DNA from: a virus
IMG/VR virus record: IMGVR_UViG_3300031949_000054
Location: 1-51,926 of that record
Strand: one strand, 5' to 3'
DNA: 51,926 nt
The notes below the pieces were generated by a model that saw only the letters and a list, made by a program, of their open reading frames with translations, ran no database searches and was not told where the DNA came from. A program made the position numbers and the translations under genes. Positions 31,638-39,397 of the stretch are shown in pieces. Numbering within the stretch: the first letter of the stretch is position 1; the number at the start of each line of letters is the position of its first letter.

Positions 31638-32781
31638 AGAGCACCTGCGGATCCAGCGCGCGGAGCGCCGCCAGGCGCGGCTGCGCCTGGCGGTGTCCGC
31701 CGCTTCCAACGGCGGGAAGACCTGGACCTCCATTGAGCTCGCCTTCGGGATCGTAGAGGAGCTCCTCACCCGCGGCGTGCTCGCGGGCACCCTCGAGGGC
31801 AAGGTCGGGGTGGTGGACACCGAGCGCAAATCCGCGCAGCTCTACGCCCACCTGGGTCCCTACGACACGGTGGACCTCGGGCCCCCGTACACGGTCGCCC
31901 GCTACGTCCAGGCTCTGGCGCTCCTTGAGCGCGCGGGGTGCGCGGTCATCATCCTCGATGGGATCTCGCACGCCTGGGAGGGTGCGGGCGGGGTGCTCGC
32001 GCTCCTCGATTCCTTTGAAGCCGGTCAGAAGTTCTCCGCCTTCGGGACGACGGTCAAGCCCGCGCAGAATGAATTCGTCGACGCGATGCTGCGCTCGCCC
32101 TGTCACATCATCGCGACCATGCGCTCGAAGACCGCCTGGGTCCTGGAGGACCAGGAAAAGCGCACAAGCTCGGGCGGAGTGCGCACGGTCAAGGCGCCGC
32201 GGCGAATCGGCATGGCCCCCATCCAGCGCCCGGGGATCGAGTACGAGTTCACCACCATGGTGGACCTGGATACCGACACCCACCAGGCACGGGTGCTCAA
32301 GAACCGGTGCCCGGTGTTCGCCGACTGGGTCCCGAAGGTGCTCACCCGGGAGCACGGGCGGCGCCTCGCCGCCTGGCTCCTGGAGGGAGCGCCCGCGCCG
32401 GCCGAGCCCGTTTCGGGGTCGCCGCTGGAAAGGGCTCAGGCTGTGCACGCAGCGGGCCTGCGCGCCTTCGAGCGGGCGCAGACGTTGCCTGACCTCGCGG
32501 TCGCCTTCGAGAGCGCCCAGCGCGATCTGAGGGCGTTCCCGCCTGCCGTGGCGGTGGAGGCCATCAGCCCCATGCTCGAGAGCCTGGTCACCGCCAAGGA
32601 TGCCCGCAAAGCAGCCCTGAGACCCAAGCTCGGGGCAGTCGGGGACCTGCCGGCGGGATCCGGGCGGCAGGCGGTGGTCGAGCCGGGTCCGAAGCAGGTG
32701 CTCGACCGGACGATCGAGAAGATCGCGCGCGAGCGCGGCGGCTTGCCTTTCTCCGAAATGAAAGACGACGTTCCCTGGTAG
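31630..32781 (+). CDS. Sak4-like / AAA_24-type RecA-fold ATPase (recombination/annealing helper)
   Basis: Start at MAEEHLRIQ (ATG 31630). Walker A-like SAASNGGKTWT and Walker B-like AVIILDGISHAW. Confidence 0.7.
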   Translation: MAEEHLRIQRAERRQARLRLAVSAASNGGKTWTSIELAFGIVEELLTRGVLAGTLEGKVGVVDTERKSAQLYAHLGPYDTVDLGPPYTVARYVQALALLERAGCAVIILDGISHAWEGAGGVLALLDSFEAGQKFSAFGTTVKPAQNEFVDAMLRSPCHIIATMRSKTAWVLEDQEKRTSSGGVRTVKAPRRIGMAPIQRPGIEYEFTTMVDLDTDTHQARVLKNRCPVFADWVPKVLTREHGRRLAAWLLEGAPAPAEPVSGSPLERAQAVHAAGLRAFERAQTLPDLAVAFESAQRDLRAFPPAVAVEAISPMLESLVTAKDARKAALRPKLGAVGDLPAGSGRQAVVEPGPKQVLDRTIEKIARERGGLPFSEMKDDVPW

Positions 32782-32795
32782 AAGGAGTTATCCAC

Positions 32796-33302
32796 ATGCA
32801 GTTTGAACTCGACGGGGCGAAGGTGCTCCTGGTTCACAAGAACGAGCGGCTGGAGAAGCACGGCGAGGAGGAAGTCCTGGCGTGCGATTTGGATTTCAAG
32901 TACGAGACCTCGAACGCGGTGCTCGCGGAGTTCCACCCGGATCTGCGCTCGCAGCTCTACAAGCGCCCGGAGAGCGCCCAGGGTGAGCTCACCGATGACC
33001 TGGAGCACCTTACCGCGCTTCGCGTCCCCGAGCTCGGGAGCGACTTCAAGTTCGCGGGCAGCCTGGAGCGTGCGGAGCTCGTGTTCTTCAAGGGCAAAAA
33101 GGCCCACGTGACCTTCGCTGAGGCGAAGATCCACAAGTTCTCCTTCAACCTGAAGGAGGGCGGGACGGTCATCGTCGGCTTCCAGGCGCAGGTGTACCCG
33201 GATGAGGGGCAATCCGGGAAGCTCTCCGGACTCCTGCAGGAGAAGCACTGCCTGCTGACCCTTGAGCCTGCGGAGGACTCCCAGCGCCCTTTGGCAAGCT
33301 GA
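32796..33302 (+). CDS. Hypothetical protein
   Basis: 168-aa ORF with AAGGAG upstream. No motif recognised. Confidence 0.6.
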   Translation: MQFELDGAKVLLVHKNERLEKHGEEEVLACDLDFKYETSNAVLAEFHPDLRSQLYKRPESAQGELTDDLEHLTALRVPELGSDFKFAGSLERAELVFFKGKKAHVTFAEAKIHKFSFNLKEGGTVIVGFQAQVYPDEGQSGKLSGLLQEKHCLLTLEPAEDSQRPLAS

Positions 33303-33330
33303 CCCGCGTCGTCCTGGATCCGGAGGCGGC

Positions 33331-33540
33331 GTGGCCCTTTCCCAAGAAGTAGCGGCGGTCTCGATCGAGGATCAGATCGCCTGCGTGGAGCGCGAGCTGC
33401 GGTTTCGCGAGCGGGTGTACCCGCGTTGGGTCGCCGATCATAAGCTCCTGCAGGTGACGGCGGATATCGAGATGTCGCGGATGCGAGCGGTGCTCTTGAC
33501 GCTGCAGCTCGAGCGCGTCGCCCCAGCCGGCGAGCGGTGA
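33331..33540 (+). CDS. Hypothetical protein
   Basis: GTG 33331 lies 4 nt after GGAGG. 69 aa (..CVERELRFRERVYPRWV..MRAVLLTLQ). Confidence 0.5.
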   Translation: MALSQEVAAVSIEDQIACVERELRFRERVYPRWVADHKLLQVTADIEMSRMRAVLLTLQLERVAPAGER

Positions 33541-33547
33541 TGTTCGT

Positions 33548-33811
33548 ATGACTACCGCCTATCCCCTGCAGTGGCCGCCCGGCTGGCCGCGCACGCCCTC
33601 GGATAAGCGGGAGCGCTCGCGCTTTGACACCAGTGTGTCGAAGGCGCTTGGCTTTCTCCACGAGGAGGTGCGGCGGCTCGGGGCGAAGTCCCTCGTCATC
33701 TCGAGCAACTATACCCTCGGGCCTGCTCCGGAGGATTCCGGGGTGTGTGCCTATTTCGAGTTGGGAATTATATACTTGACTCCCACAGCGGAATCAGTGG
33801 GTTATGAGTAG
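33548..33811 (+). pseudogene. 5' fragment of a J-domain protein gene, interrupted by the methyltransferase cassette
   Basis: MTTAYPLQWPPGWPRT..SGVCAYFE is followed by 16 element-encoded codons and then TAG. The frame matches the 3' fragment once the element and one TSD copy are removed. Confidence 0.7.
33763..33788. repeat. Left terminal inverted repeat GGGAATTATATACTTGACTCCCACAG
   Basis: Read directly. Its partner is at 34895-34920. Confidence 0.9.
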
Positions 33812-34907
33812 CCGAGTCATCATCGGCGACTGCCGCGCTGTGCTGCCGACATTGGAAGCCGGGAGCGTGCAAACGTGCGTCACGTCGCCGCCCTACTGGG
33901 GACTGCGCGACTACGGGCACGCCGGGCAGATCGGGCTTGAATCGACGCCAGCCGAGTACGTCGCCGAAATGGTTACCGTGTTCCGGGAAGTGCGCCGCGT
34001 GCTGCGCGATGACGGGACGCTGTGGCTGAACCTTGGCGACAGCTACGCCAGTAGCGGCGGTGCCACGCCCGGCAAGAGAAGCGAAGGGATCGGACAGGCC
34101 GAAGTAGGCGAAGGACTGCGCCGCCCGACACGCAAGGGCTCTGGACGCGCTGACGGCATTGTGACCGGAGAAAGCCCAAGGAACCGCGACGGCGCACCGC
34201 CTTGCGATCTGCCTGCGAAGAACCTTGTTGGCATCCCGTGGCGCGTGGCCTTCGCCCTGCAAGCGGACGGCTGGTATCTCCGGCAGGACATCATCTGGGC
34301 GAAGCCGAACCCGATGCCGGAGAGCGTGCGCGACCGCTGCACGAAGTCGCACGAGTACCTGTTCCTGCTGGCGAAGTCGGAGCGGTATTACTTCGATCAG
34401 GACGCCATCCTTGAGCCCGTAGCGGCTGCCAGCGTGGCGCGGCTGTCTCAACCCACGCTAGGCGAGCAAGAGGGCTCTGACCGCGTTCCTGGCAAGACCA
34501 ACGGCAACATGAAAGCCGTGTCGCGCAGCGGGAACAAGGAACGGAAACCGGCGCGCGCGCGCGGGGTGCCCGTGGACACGAACGGCGAGACGAATGGAGC
34601 CGTTGCAGGGTCGGTCCCGTGGGAAGGCTCGGAGCGCAACAAGCGCAGCGTCTGGACCGTCACCACCCAGCCGTTCAAGGGAGCCCACTTCGCCACCTTC
34701 CCGCCCGCGCTGATCGAGCCCTGCATCTTGGCAGGCAGCAAGCCCGGCGACATCGTGCTTGACCCGTTTGGGGGCAGCGGCACTACAGGGCAAGTGAGCG
34801 AGGCGCTAGGCAGGAAGTGGCTGTTGATCGAACTGAACGGCGAATACGCGAATCTGTGCGCCGACCGAACCCGGCAGACCGGCATGGAGCTGGCCTGTGG
34901 GAGTTAA
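33804..34907 (+). CDS. Beta-class DNA methyltransferase, SPPY type (N4-cytosine suggested)
   Basis: 367-aa ORF. Motif IV VTSPPYWGLRDY near the N-terminus, IIWAKPNPMPES, and motif I LDPFGGSGTT near the C-terminus. The stop lies inside the right IR. Confidence 0.9.
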   Translation: MSSRVIIGDCRAVLPTLEAGSVQTCVTSPPYWGLRDYGHAGQIGLESTPAEYVAEMVTVFREVRRVLRDDGTLWLNLGDSYASSGGATPGKRSEGIGQAEVGEGLRRPTRKGSGRADGIVTGESPRNRDGAPPCDLPAKNLVGIPWRVAFALQADGWYLRQDIIWAKPNPMPESVRDRCTKSHEYLFLLAKSERYYFDQDAILEPVAAASVARLSQPTLGEQEGSDRVPGKTNGNMKAVSRSGNKERKPARARGVPVDTNGETNGAVAGSVPWEGSERNKRSVWTVTTQPFKGAHFATFPPALIEPCILAGSKPGDIVLDPFGGSGTTGQVSEALGRKWLLIELNGEYANLCADRTRQTGMELACGS

Positions 34908-34920
34908 GTATATAAGTCCC
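34895..34920. repeat. Right terminal inverted repeat (reverse complement GGGACTTATATACTTAACTCCCACAG)
   Basis: Read directly. It has 2 mismatches to the left IR. Confidence 0.9.
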
Positions 34921-35268
34921 TTCGAGTTCGGGGGTTTGCGCGCGGCGATGCCCTGCGATCGCTGGACCAAGGTAGAGGATAACCTGCACTCCATCGCGAA
35001 GACGATCGAGGCGATGCGCGGCATTGAGCGCTGGGGCGCGAAGAACATGATCAAGGCGGCGTTCACCGGGTTTGTGGCGCTGCCGGCGGCCTCCAGACGC
35101 CACTGGCGCGAGGTGCTGGGCGTGACCGACGGGCAGGGATCGAGCCTCGAGTCGGCCTACAAGCGGCTGCGTTCCAAGCATCACCCTGACAAGGGTGGGA
35201 CGTCGGAGCGTTTCAACGAGGTCCAGGTCGCCTACGATCAAGCGCGCGCCGAGCTCGGAATCCCGTGA
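34897..35268 (+). pseudogene. 3' fragment of the interrupted gene, encoding the J domain (HPD motif); possibly still translated from a GTG inside the right IR
   Basis: ..FEFGGLRAAMPCDRW.. then LESAYKRLRSKHHPDKGGTSERFNEVQVAYDQA (J-domain helices II-III with HPD). GGAG lies 7 nt upstream of GTG 34897. Confidence 0.7.
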
Positions 35269-35411
35269 AGGATCCTACTCCGCGCTGGATGTGGCACCTG
35301 TGGGGCGTGGCCGGGGTGTTCGTCGCGCTCAACGGCAGATCGATTGTGCTCGGGGTCGTGCTCGTCGCGATCGCTGCCCTGGCGCTCGTGCTCAATGACT
35401 CCGATGGCTGA
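35265..35411 (+). CDS. Small two-helix membrane protein (48 aa)
   Basis: Below the ORF-track cutoff. GTG 35265 forms a GTGA overlap with the previous stop, and the stop overlaps the next ATG (ATGGCTGA). Translation: VKDPTPRWMWHLWGVAGVFVALNGRSIVLGVVLVAIAALALVLNDSDG. Confidence 0.35.
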   Translation: MKDPTPRWMWHLWGVAGVFVALNGRSIVLGVVLVAIAALALVLNDSDG

Positions 35412-36255
35412 GACGACCGGCATCGCCTGGACACGCTCGACGTTCAACCCGTGGATCGGCTGCACGAAGGTCGGACCTGGGTGCGACCACTGCTACGCCG
35501 AGACGCTGGATGCTCGCCACAAGTGGGGCGGGGTCGTGCATTGGGGTGCTGGCGTGTCGCGCTACCGCACGAGCGAGCACGCTTGGAAGCAACCGCTCGC
35601 GTGGGAGAAGAAGGCCGCGGCCGGCGACAAGCCCTGGCGCGTCTTCTGCGCTTCGCTCGCCGATGTGTTCGATAACGAAGTGCCGGAGGGTTGGCGTTTA
35701 GACCTTTACCACCTGATCGAGCGCACGCCGAATCTATCGTGGCTGCTCGTCACTAAGCGCATCGGGAATGTGGAGCGCATGGTGAAAGATTCGTGGTTCG
35801 GACACTACGGTTTCCCGCAGAACGTCCGCCTGCTCATCACCGTCTGCGACCAGGAGGAGGCCGACCGTGACATCCCGAAGCTGCTCGCGCTGCCGTGCAA
35901 GAACGGAGTTTCGTATGAACCTGCTTTGGGTCCAATCGATTGGTTGATCGCCATGAGCGGCGGCTGCGACAAGCACGGATACCGAAAGCCCCTACTCACA
36001 GATCGCAAGCTCGACTGGATCATCGTCGGCGGCGAGAGCACCCAGGGCGCAGGGAAGGCGCGGCCGTTCGTGTTGGGATGGGGTAAAGACACGATTCGCC
36101 AATGCCGCGCGGCTTCGGTGCCTGTGTTTTTCAAACAAGCCGGCAGCAACGCGACGAACCGGGAAGGCGTGCCACATCCGTTCAAGGATAGGGCCGGTGC
36201 AGATCCTTCTGAATGGCCGGATGAACTCCGAGCCCAAGAGTTTCCCGATGCGTGA
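35404..36255 (+). CDS. Phage Gp37/Gp68 family protein (DUF5131-like)
   Basis: Start at MAETTGIAWTRSTFNPWIGCTKVGPGCDHCYAE, the characteristic N-terminus of this family. 283 aa. Confidence 0.7.
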   Translation: MAETTGIAWTRSTFNPWIGCTKVGPGCDHCYAETLDARHKWGGVVHWGAGVSRYRTSEHAWKQPLAWEKKAAAGDKPWRVFCASLADVFDNEVPEGWRLDLYHLIERTPNLSWLLVTKRIGNVERMVKDSWFGHYGFPQNVRLLITVCDQEEADRDIPKLLALPCKNGVSYEPALGPIDWLIAMSGGCDKHGYRKPLLTDRKLDWIIVGGESTQGAGKARPFVLGWGKDTIRQCRAASVPVFFKQAGSNATNREGVPHPFKDRAGADPSEWPDELRAQEFPDA

Positions 36256-36700
36256 TCCCGCAAAAATCAAGGCCCGCAAGCAGCGGTATCTGGAGCGCCA
36301 GAAGGTGAAGAAGTACGGTCCTGGCGCTGCTGGCCAGGACATGCGCGGGCGGCACGGCAACCACGCCAAGGGCGAGAAGAACGCGCGCTGGAACGGCGGT
36401 CGCTGGCACCATCCTGACGGTTATATCGGCATTGCTGTTCCGGAAGGCCACCACCTGCGCCAAGCGCACGGCTATGCGTTCGAGCACCAACTCGTCGCAG
36501 AGGAAATGCTCGGGCGCCGCCTACGTGACGACGAGGATGTTCACCACAGGAACGGAAAGCGCGCCGACAACCGCCCGGATAACCTGGAGGTCAAGCTCAA
36601 GACCGACCATGCGCGGGAACACGCGAACGCCAGCGAACGTGACGCGCTCGGCCGCTTCGTCCCGGACAAACCGCGGCACGTGCAGGAGTTCCCGGCGTGA
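36248..36700 (+). CDS. HNH endonuclease
   Basis: Start at MRDPAKIK (ATG 36248, overlapping the previous stop). Contains ..DVHHRNGKRADNRPDNLEV..HAREH. Confidence 0.8.
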   Translation: MRDPAKIKARKQRYLERQKVKKYGPGAAGQDMRGRHGNHAKGEKNARWNGGRWHHPDGYIGIAVPEGHHLRQAHGYAFEHQLVAEEMLGRRLRDDEDVHHRNGKRADNRPDNLEVKLKTDHAREHANASERDALGRFVPDKPRHVQEFPA

Positions 36701-36937
36701 TGTGGATCCTGCTCGTGTGTTCCTTCCAGGCCTGCCAGATGGTGAGCAGCTTCGCGACGTTCGAGGCGTGCGAGGCGCAGCTCCTGATCGTAGAGTTTCC
36801 GGTCTACGCGATCTGCCAACCCGGTGAGGTTGTGTGAGTGTCCTCGCGAATCTGTGCTTCGTCCTCGGCACCACGCTTTTTCTGTGCGGTGCGGTGATCA
36901 ACCTCGGGGTGTCGCTCGGGTGGTGGGCGTGAGGCAC

Positions 36938-37312
36938 ATGTCCTTTATGCTCACGACTGAGCAGGTACGGACTGGCAGGAAAACCGTGACGCGCAGGATA
37001 GGATGGTTGCGTCTAACCGCTGGGGAGCGGCTCCTGGCGATCGAGAAAGGGCAGGGTCTACGCCTCGGCGAGCGCGTCGTCCCGATCCGACCTATCAGGG
37101 TGCTCTCCGTCCGGAGGGAGCCTTTGAACAGGATGTTGAAAGATGAGGTCTACGGCCTGGAGGAATGCGCGCTCGAGGGATTCTGGGAGATCACGCCCTC
37201 GGAGTTCGTGAAGCGGTTCTGCGCGAGTCACCGGTGCGACGAAGTAGCAACCGTGACTCGTGTCGAGTTCGACTACGATGTTCCTGCGGGCTGGGTTCAA
37301 CCGCCGGTTTAA
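36938..37312 (+). CDS. ASCH domain protein
   Basis: Start at MSFMLTTEQVRTGRKTVTRR. 124 aa, with an ASCH-like GxKTxTRR N-terminus. Confidence 0.65.
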   Translation: MSFMLTTEQVRTGRKTVTRRIGWLRLTAGERLLAIEKGQGLRLGERVVPIRPIRVLSVRREPLNRMLKDEVYGLEECALEGFWEITPSEFVKRFCASHRCDEVATVTRVEFDYDVPAGWVQPPV

Positions 37313-37512
37313 GGCGCTCTGCATGGCTCGCGCGGTGCGCGGCGGGCGGGTGGGGTGGGTCTTTCTTGTGCGTTTCCAGGCGGGCGATCTTGCATGGCTC
37401 GGCTTTAATCGGGTGGGGTGGAACCCGCCCAATATCCTGAATCTGATCGATCCATGCCTGCCGCCCTCGATGCCCTATTCTGTGTGGCCGCGCGTGGCTC
37501 AGGGGCGCTCTG

Positions 37513-37956
37513 TCAAACGTGGTCCTGGATCATCGCGTTGAGCACGTCCTTCCACCAGCGTGCCTGACGGCCGCGCTCACCTGGGCTATCGACGTGGCGT
37601 TTCACGCGCGCGGTGAAGGTCCAGGAGGGTGACCAGAATTTCCAGTCCTCGGCCCAGGGTACCTCGCGGAAAGCGATCGATCCCAGGGTGGTGTTCAGAA
37701 AGATGTCCAGGGCGTAGGCCGGTGCGGCCGGGGCGAACATCGCCCAGTGGAACCACTGCAGCGTGCCTGCCCTGCGCATCCGGTCGAAGGTGGAGTACGC
37801 GGCGAACGCGATGAAAAAGACCCACAGCCAGAAGAGGATCCCGGCGATCGGGTACTCGAGCGTCCAGCGCCACAGCGCCCCGAGGAGGGAGAGCCAGCTT
37901 GCCAGGACCCAGTTCATCAGCAGGGTTGTGATCGCGTTCTCGAGGATGCTCATCAT
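37513..37956 (-). CDS. Polytopic membrane protein at the end of the lysis cassette
   Basis: 147-aa ORF with three or more hydrophobic helices and a Trp-rich sequence. Confidence 0.6.
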   Translation of the reverse strand: MMSILENAITTLLMNWVLASWLSLLGALWRWTLEYPIAGILFWLWVFFIAFAAYSTFDRMRRAGTLQWFHWAMFAPAAPAYALDIFLNTTLGSIAFREVPWAEDWKFWSPSWTFTARVKRHVDSPGERGRQARWWKDVLNAMIQDHV

Positions 37957-38252
37957 GGGGTGTCTCCTTTAGGTTCTGCCCGGCATGCCGCGAGAGCCTC
38001 GCGGTAGCGGCGCAGGCAGTCTTCGTAGCCGATCACCTCGGCTCTGAGCAGTCTTGCTTTCCTGTCGGCGGCCAGCTCCTTGGTTGCGGCATTGTAGGCT
38101 GGGGTGTGACATTGCGGCTCGGGCACCCGGCAGGGCACGGGGACCGCCACCCGGACCTCGACTGCCGAGGGCGGATCCGGGCGGTTCTCGCACATCGCTC
38201 CCATGAGGAGCCAGGCGCTAAGGGCGAGGGGGGTGGCGACGTTCGATCTCAT
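37953..38252 (-). CDS. Putative o-spanin (Rz1-like), overlapping the 3' end of the i-spanin gene
   Basis: Start at MRSNVATPLALSAWLLMGAMCENRPDPP: a signal-like segment ending in Cys, followed by a Pro-rich mature part. The lipobox is non-canonical. Confidence 0.45.
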   Translation of the reverse strand: MRSNVATPLALSAWLLMGAMCENRPDPPSAVEVRVAVPVPCRVPEPQCHTPAYNAATKELAADRKARLLRAEVIGYEDCLRRYREALAACRAEPKGDTP

Positions 38253-38604
38253 CGTCGAGCTCCTTTTTGGTGGCGGCGCATTCATCGAGGCCCACGGGGC
38301 GATCCTTGGAGAGGATGGTGGCCACGAGGGCCTCGGCGCTCGCGGTCTGCGCGAGGGAGGCTTTCAGGCGGTTCTGGTAGCCGCGCACGATCGAGTCGGC
38401 GGTGGCCTTCAGTTTGGCGACCGACTCCCCGCAGGTGATCGCGGCAGCCTCGAAGCCCTTGCGGCTCTGCTCCTCTTTCGCGCGCGAGGATTCCGCGGCG
38501 CTCGCGCGCGCGTTGGCGGTGGTGAGCTTGCCGTCGAGGTACCAGATGGCCGTGCCGCTGCCGGCGAGGACCAGGGCGAGGGCGATCGCGAGGGCTTGGG
38601 TCAT
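38218..38604 (-). CDS. Putative i-spanin (Rz-like)
   Basis: 128-aa ORF. N-terminal TM (ALAIALALVLAGSGTAIWYL), then coiled-coil-like Ala/Glu/Lys-rich sequence. Confidence 0.55.
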   Translation of the reverse strand: MTQALAIALALVLAGSGTAIWYLDGKLTTANARASAAESSRAKEEQSRKGFEAAAITCGESVAKLKATADSIVRGYQNRLKASLAQTASAEALVATILSKDRPVGLDECAATKKELDDEIERRHPPRP

Positions 38605-39113
38605 GACGCTGGTGCTCCGGTAGGGGCGTTTGGTTGCGTGCCCTCGGTCGAGGAAACTTGCTCTGGACTTGGCAGTTCTGGGGGTTTGCCTTTGTTCGCG
38701 AGCTTATTGTCGGCTACCTGGTAGCCGAGCCACACGGTGGCCATCGCCCAGAGGTAGCCGACGATCAGGTCGGAGTGCTTGTGCACGACGTAGAGGAAGC
38801 CGTACAGGGTGGCGAGGAAGAGCATCGCGCGCTCCATGGCCTTGCGGTCGATCGAGCCATCTTTCCTGCGCACCATGTCGGCGATGCGGAAGTTCTCGTA
38901 CTCACTGTTGCCCACGTTCAGGCGCCAAAGCCAAATGATGAGCGCGGCGAAAAGGAAAAAGAACACGATCGAGACGAAGGTGCTCTGGATGTAGGCGAGG
39001 GTCTTCGTCGCCCACTCCCACCAGGTGAACACCTGGGCTGCGGCGTCGGTTGCGAATCCGGCGACCTCCTCGACGGCTTCCTCGGTTACGGTGTGGTTGG
39101 CCTCGTGCGTCAT
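38601..39113 (-). CDS. Holin-like multi-pass membrane protein
   Basis: Start at MTHEANH (ATG 39113, ATGA overlap). It has several hydrophobic helices and a polar C-terminal tail. Confidence 0.5.
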   Translation of the reverse strand: MTHEANHTVTEEAVEEVAGFATDAAAQVFTWWEWATKTLAYIQSTFVSIVFFFLFAALIIWLWRLNVGNSEYENFRIADMVRRKDGSIDRKAMERAMLFLATLYGFLYVVHKHSDLIVGYLWAMATVWLGYQVADNKLANKGKPPELPSPEQVSSTEGTQPNAPTGAPAS

Positions 39114-39397
39114 TTGTGCTCCTTGTTCTCCTGCTCCCATCGCAGGCGCGTGACGATCTCGTTCACCTTGTTCCCGTAACTGTGTAACCTGGTCTCGAAG
39201 CCTTCGAGTGTTTTTACCACGTATGTCTTGAGCTCGGCTTGGACCTGCTCGATCCGGCGTTGGGCTTCCTCATCACGTTTGATGTGCTCCTTCACGAGGA
39301 GCGTGAGGATGAATCCTATGAAAGCGGCGAGCGCCGAGAATACCGCTCCGACTGCGGCGAGGACCCAGAGCCAGATCTGCACCGGGAAACCGTTCAT
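39110..39397 (-). CDS. Single-pass membrane protein with a coiled-coil tail (holin/antiholin or second spanin-like component)
   Basis: Start at MNGFPVQIWLWVLAAVGAVFSALAAFIGFILTLLV (ATG 39397, ATGA overlap). The upstream track extension is Arg-rich noise. Confidence 0.55.
   Translation of the reverse strand: MNGFPVQIWLWVLAAVGAVFSALAAFIGFILTLLVKEHIKRDEEAQRRIEQVQAELKTYVVKTLEGFETRLHSYGNKVNEIVTRLRWEQENKEHK

Larger units (their letters stand above)
33763..34920 (+). mobile_element. Transposase-less IS-ended cassette (mobile-insertion-cassette-like) carrying a single DNA methyltransferase gene
   Basis: 26-bp terminal inverted repeats (24/26 match) flanked by an 8-bp direct repeat TTCGAGTT (33755-33762 and 34921-34928). 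The element interrupts a gene in frame. Confidence 0.75.

Noticed and set aside
31492-32448. 318-aa minus-strand ORF opposite the Sak4-like gene, and 32436..33248 and 32957..33661 opposite the following plus-strand genes
   Set aside because: These are antisense frames with Arg/Pro/Gly or Leu/Glu/Arg bias. The plus-strand genes have ribosome-binding sites and stop-start coupling.
33768-34451. 227-aa minus ORF inside the methyltransferase cassette, considered as a possible hidden transposase
   Set aside because: It is Arg/Ala/Gly/Val-rich with no DDE or HTH pattern, and it is fully antisense to the methylase gene, whose motifs are clear. I conclude the cassette has no transposase.
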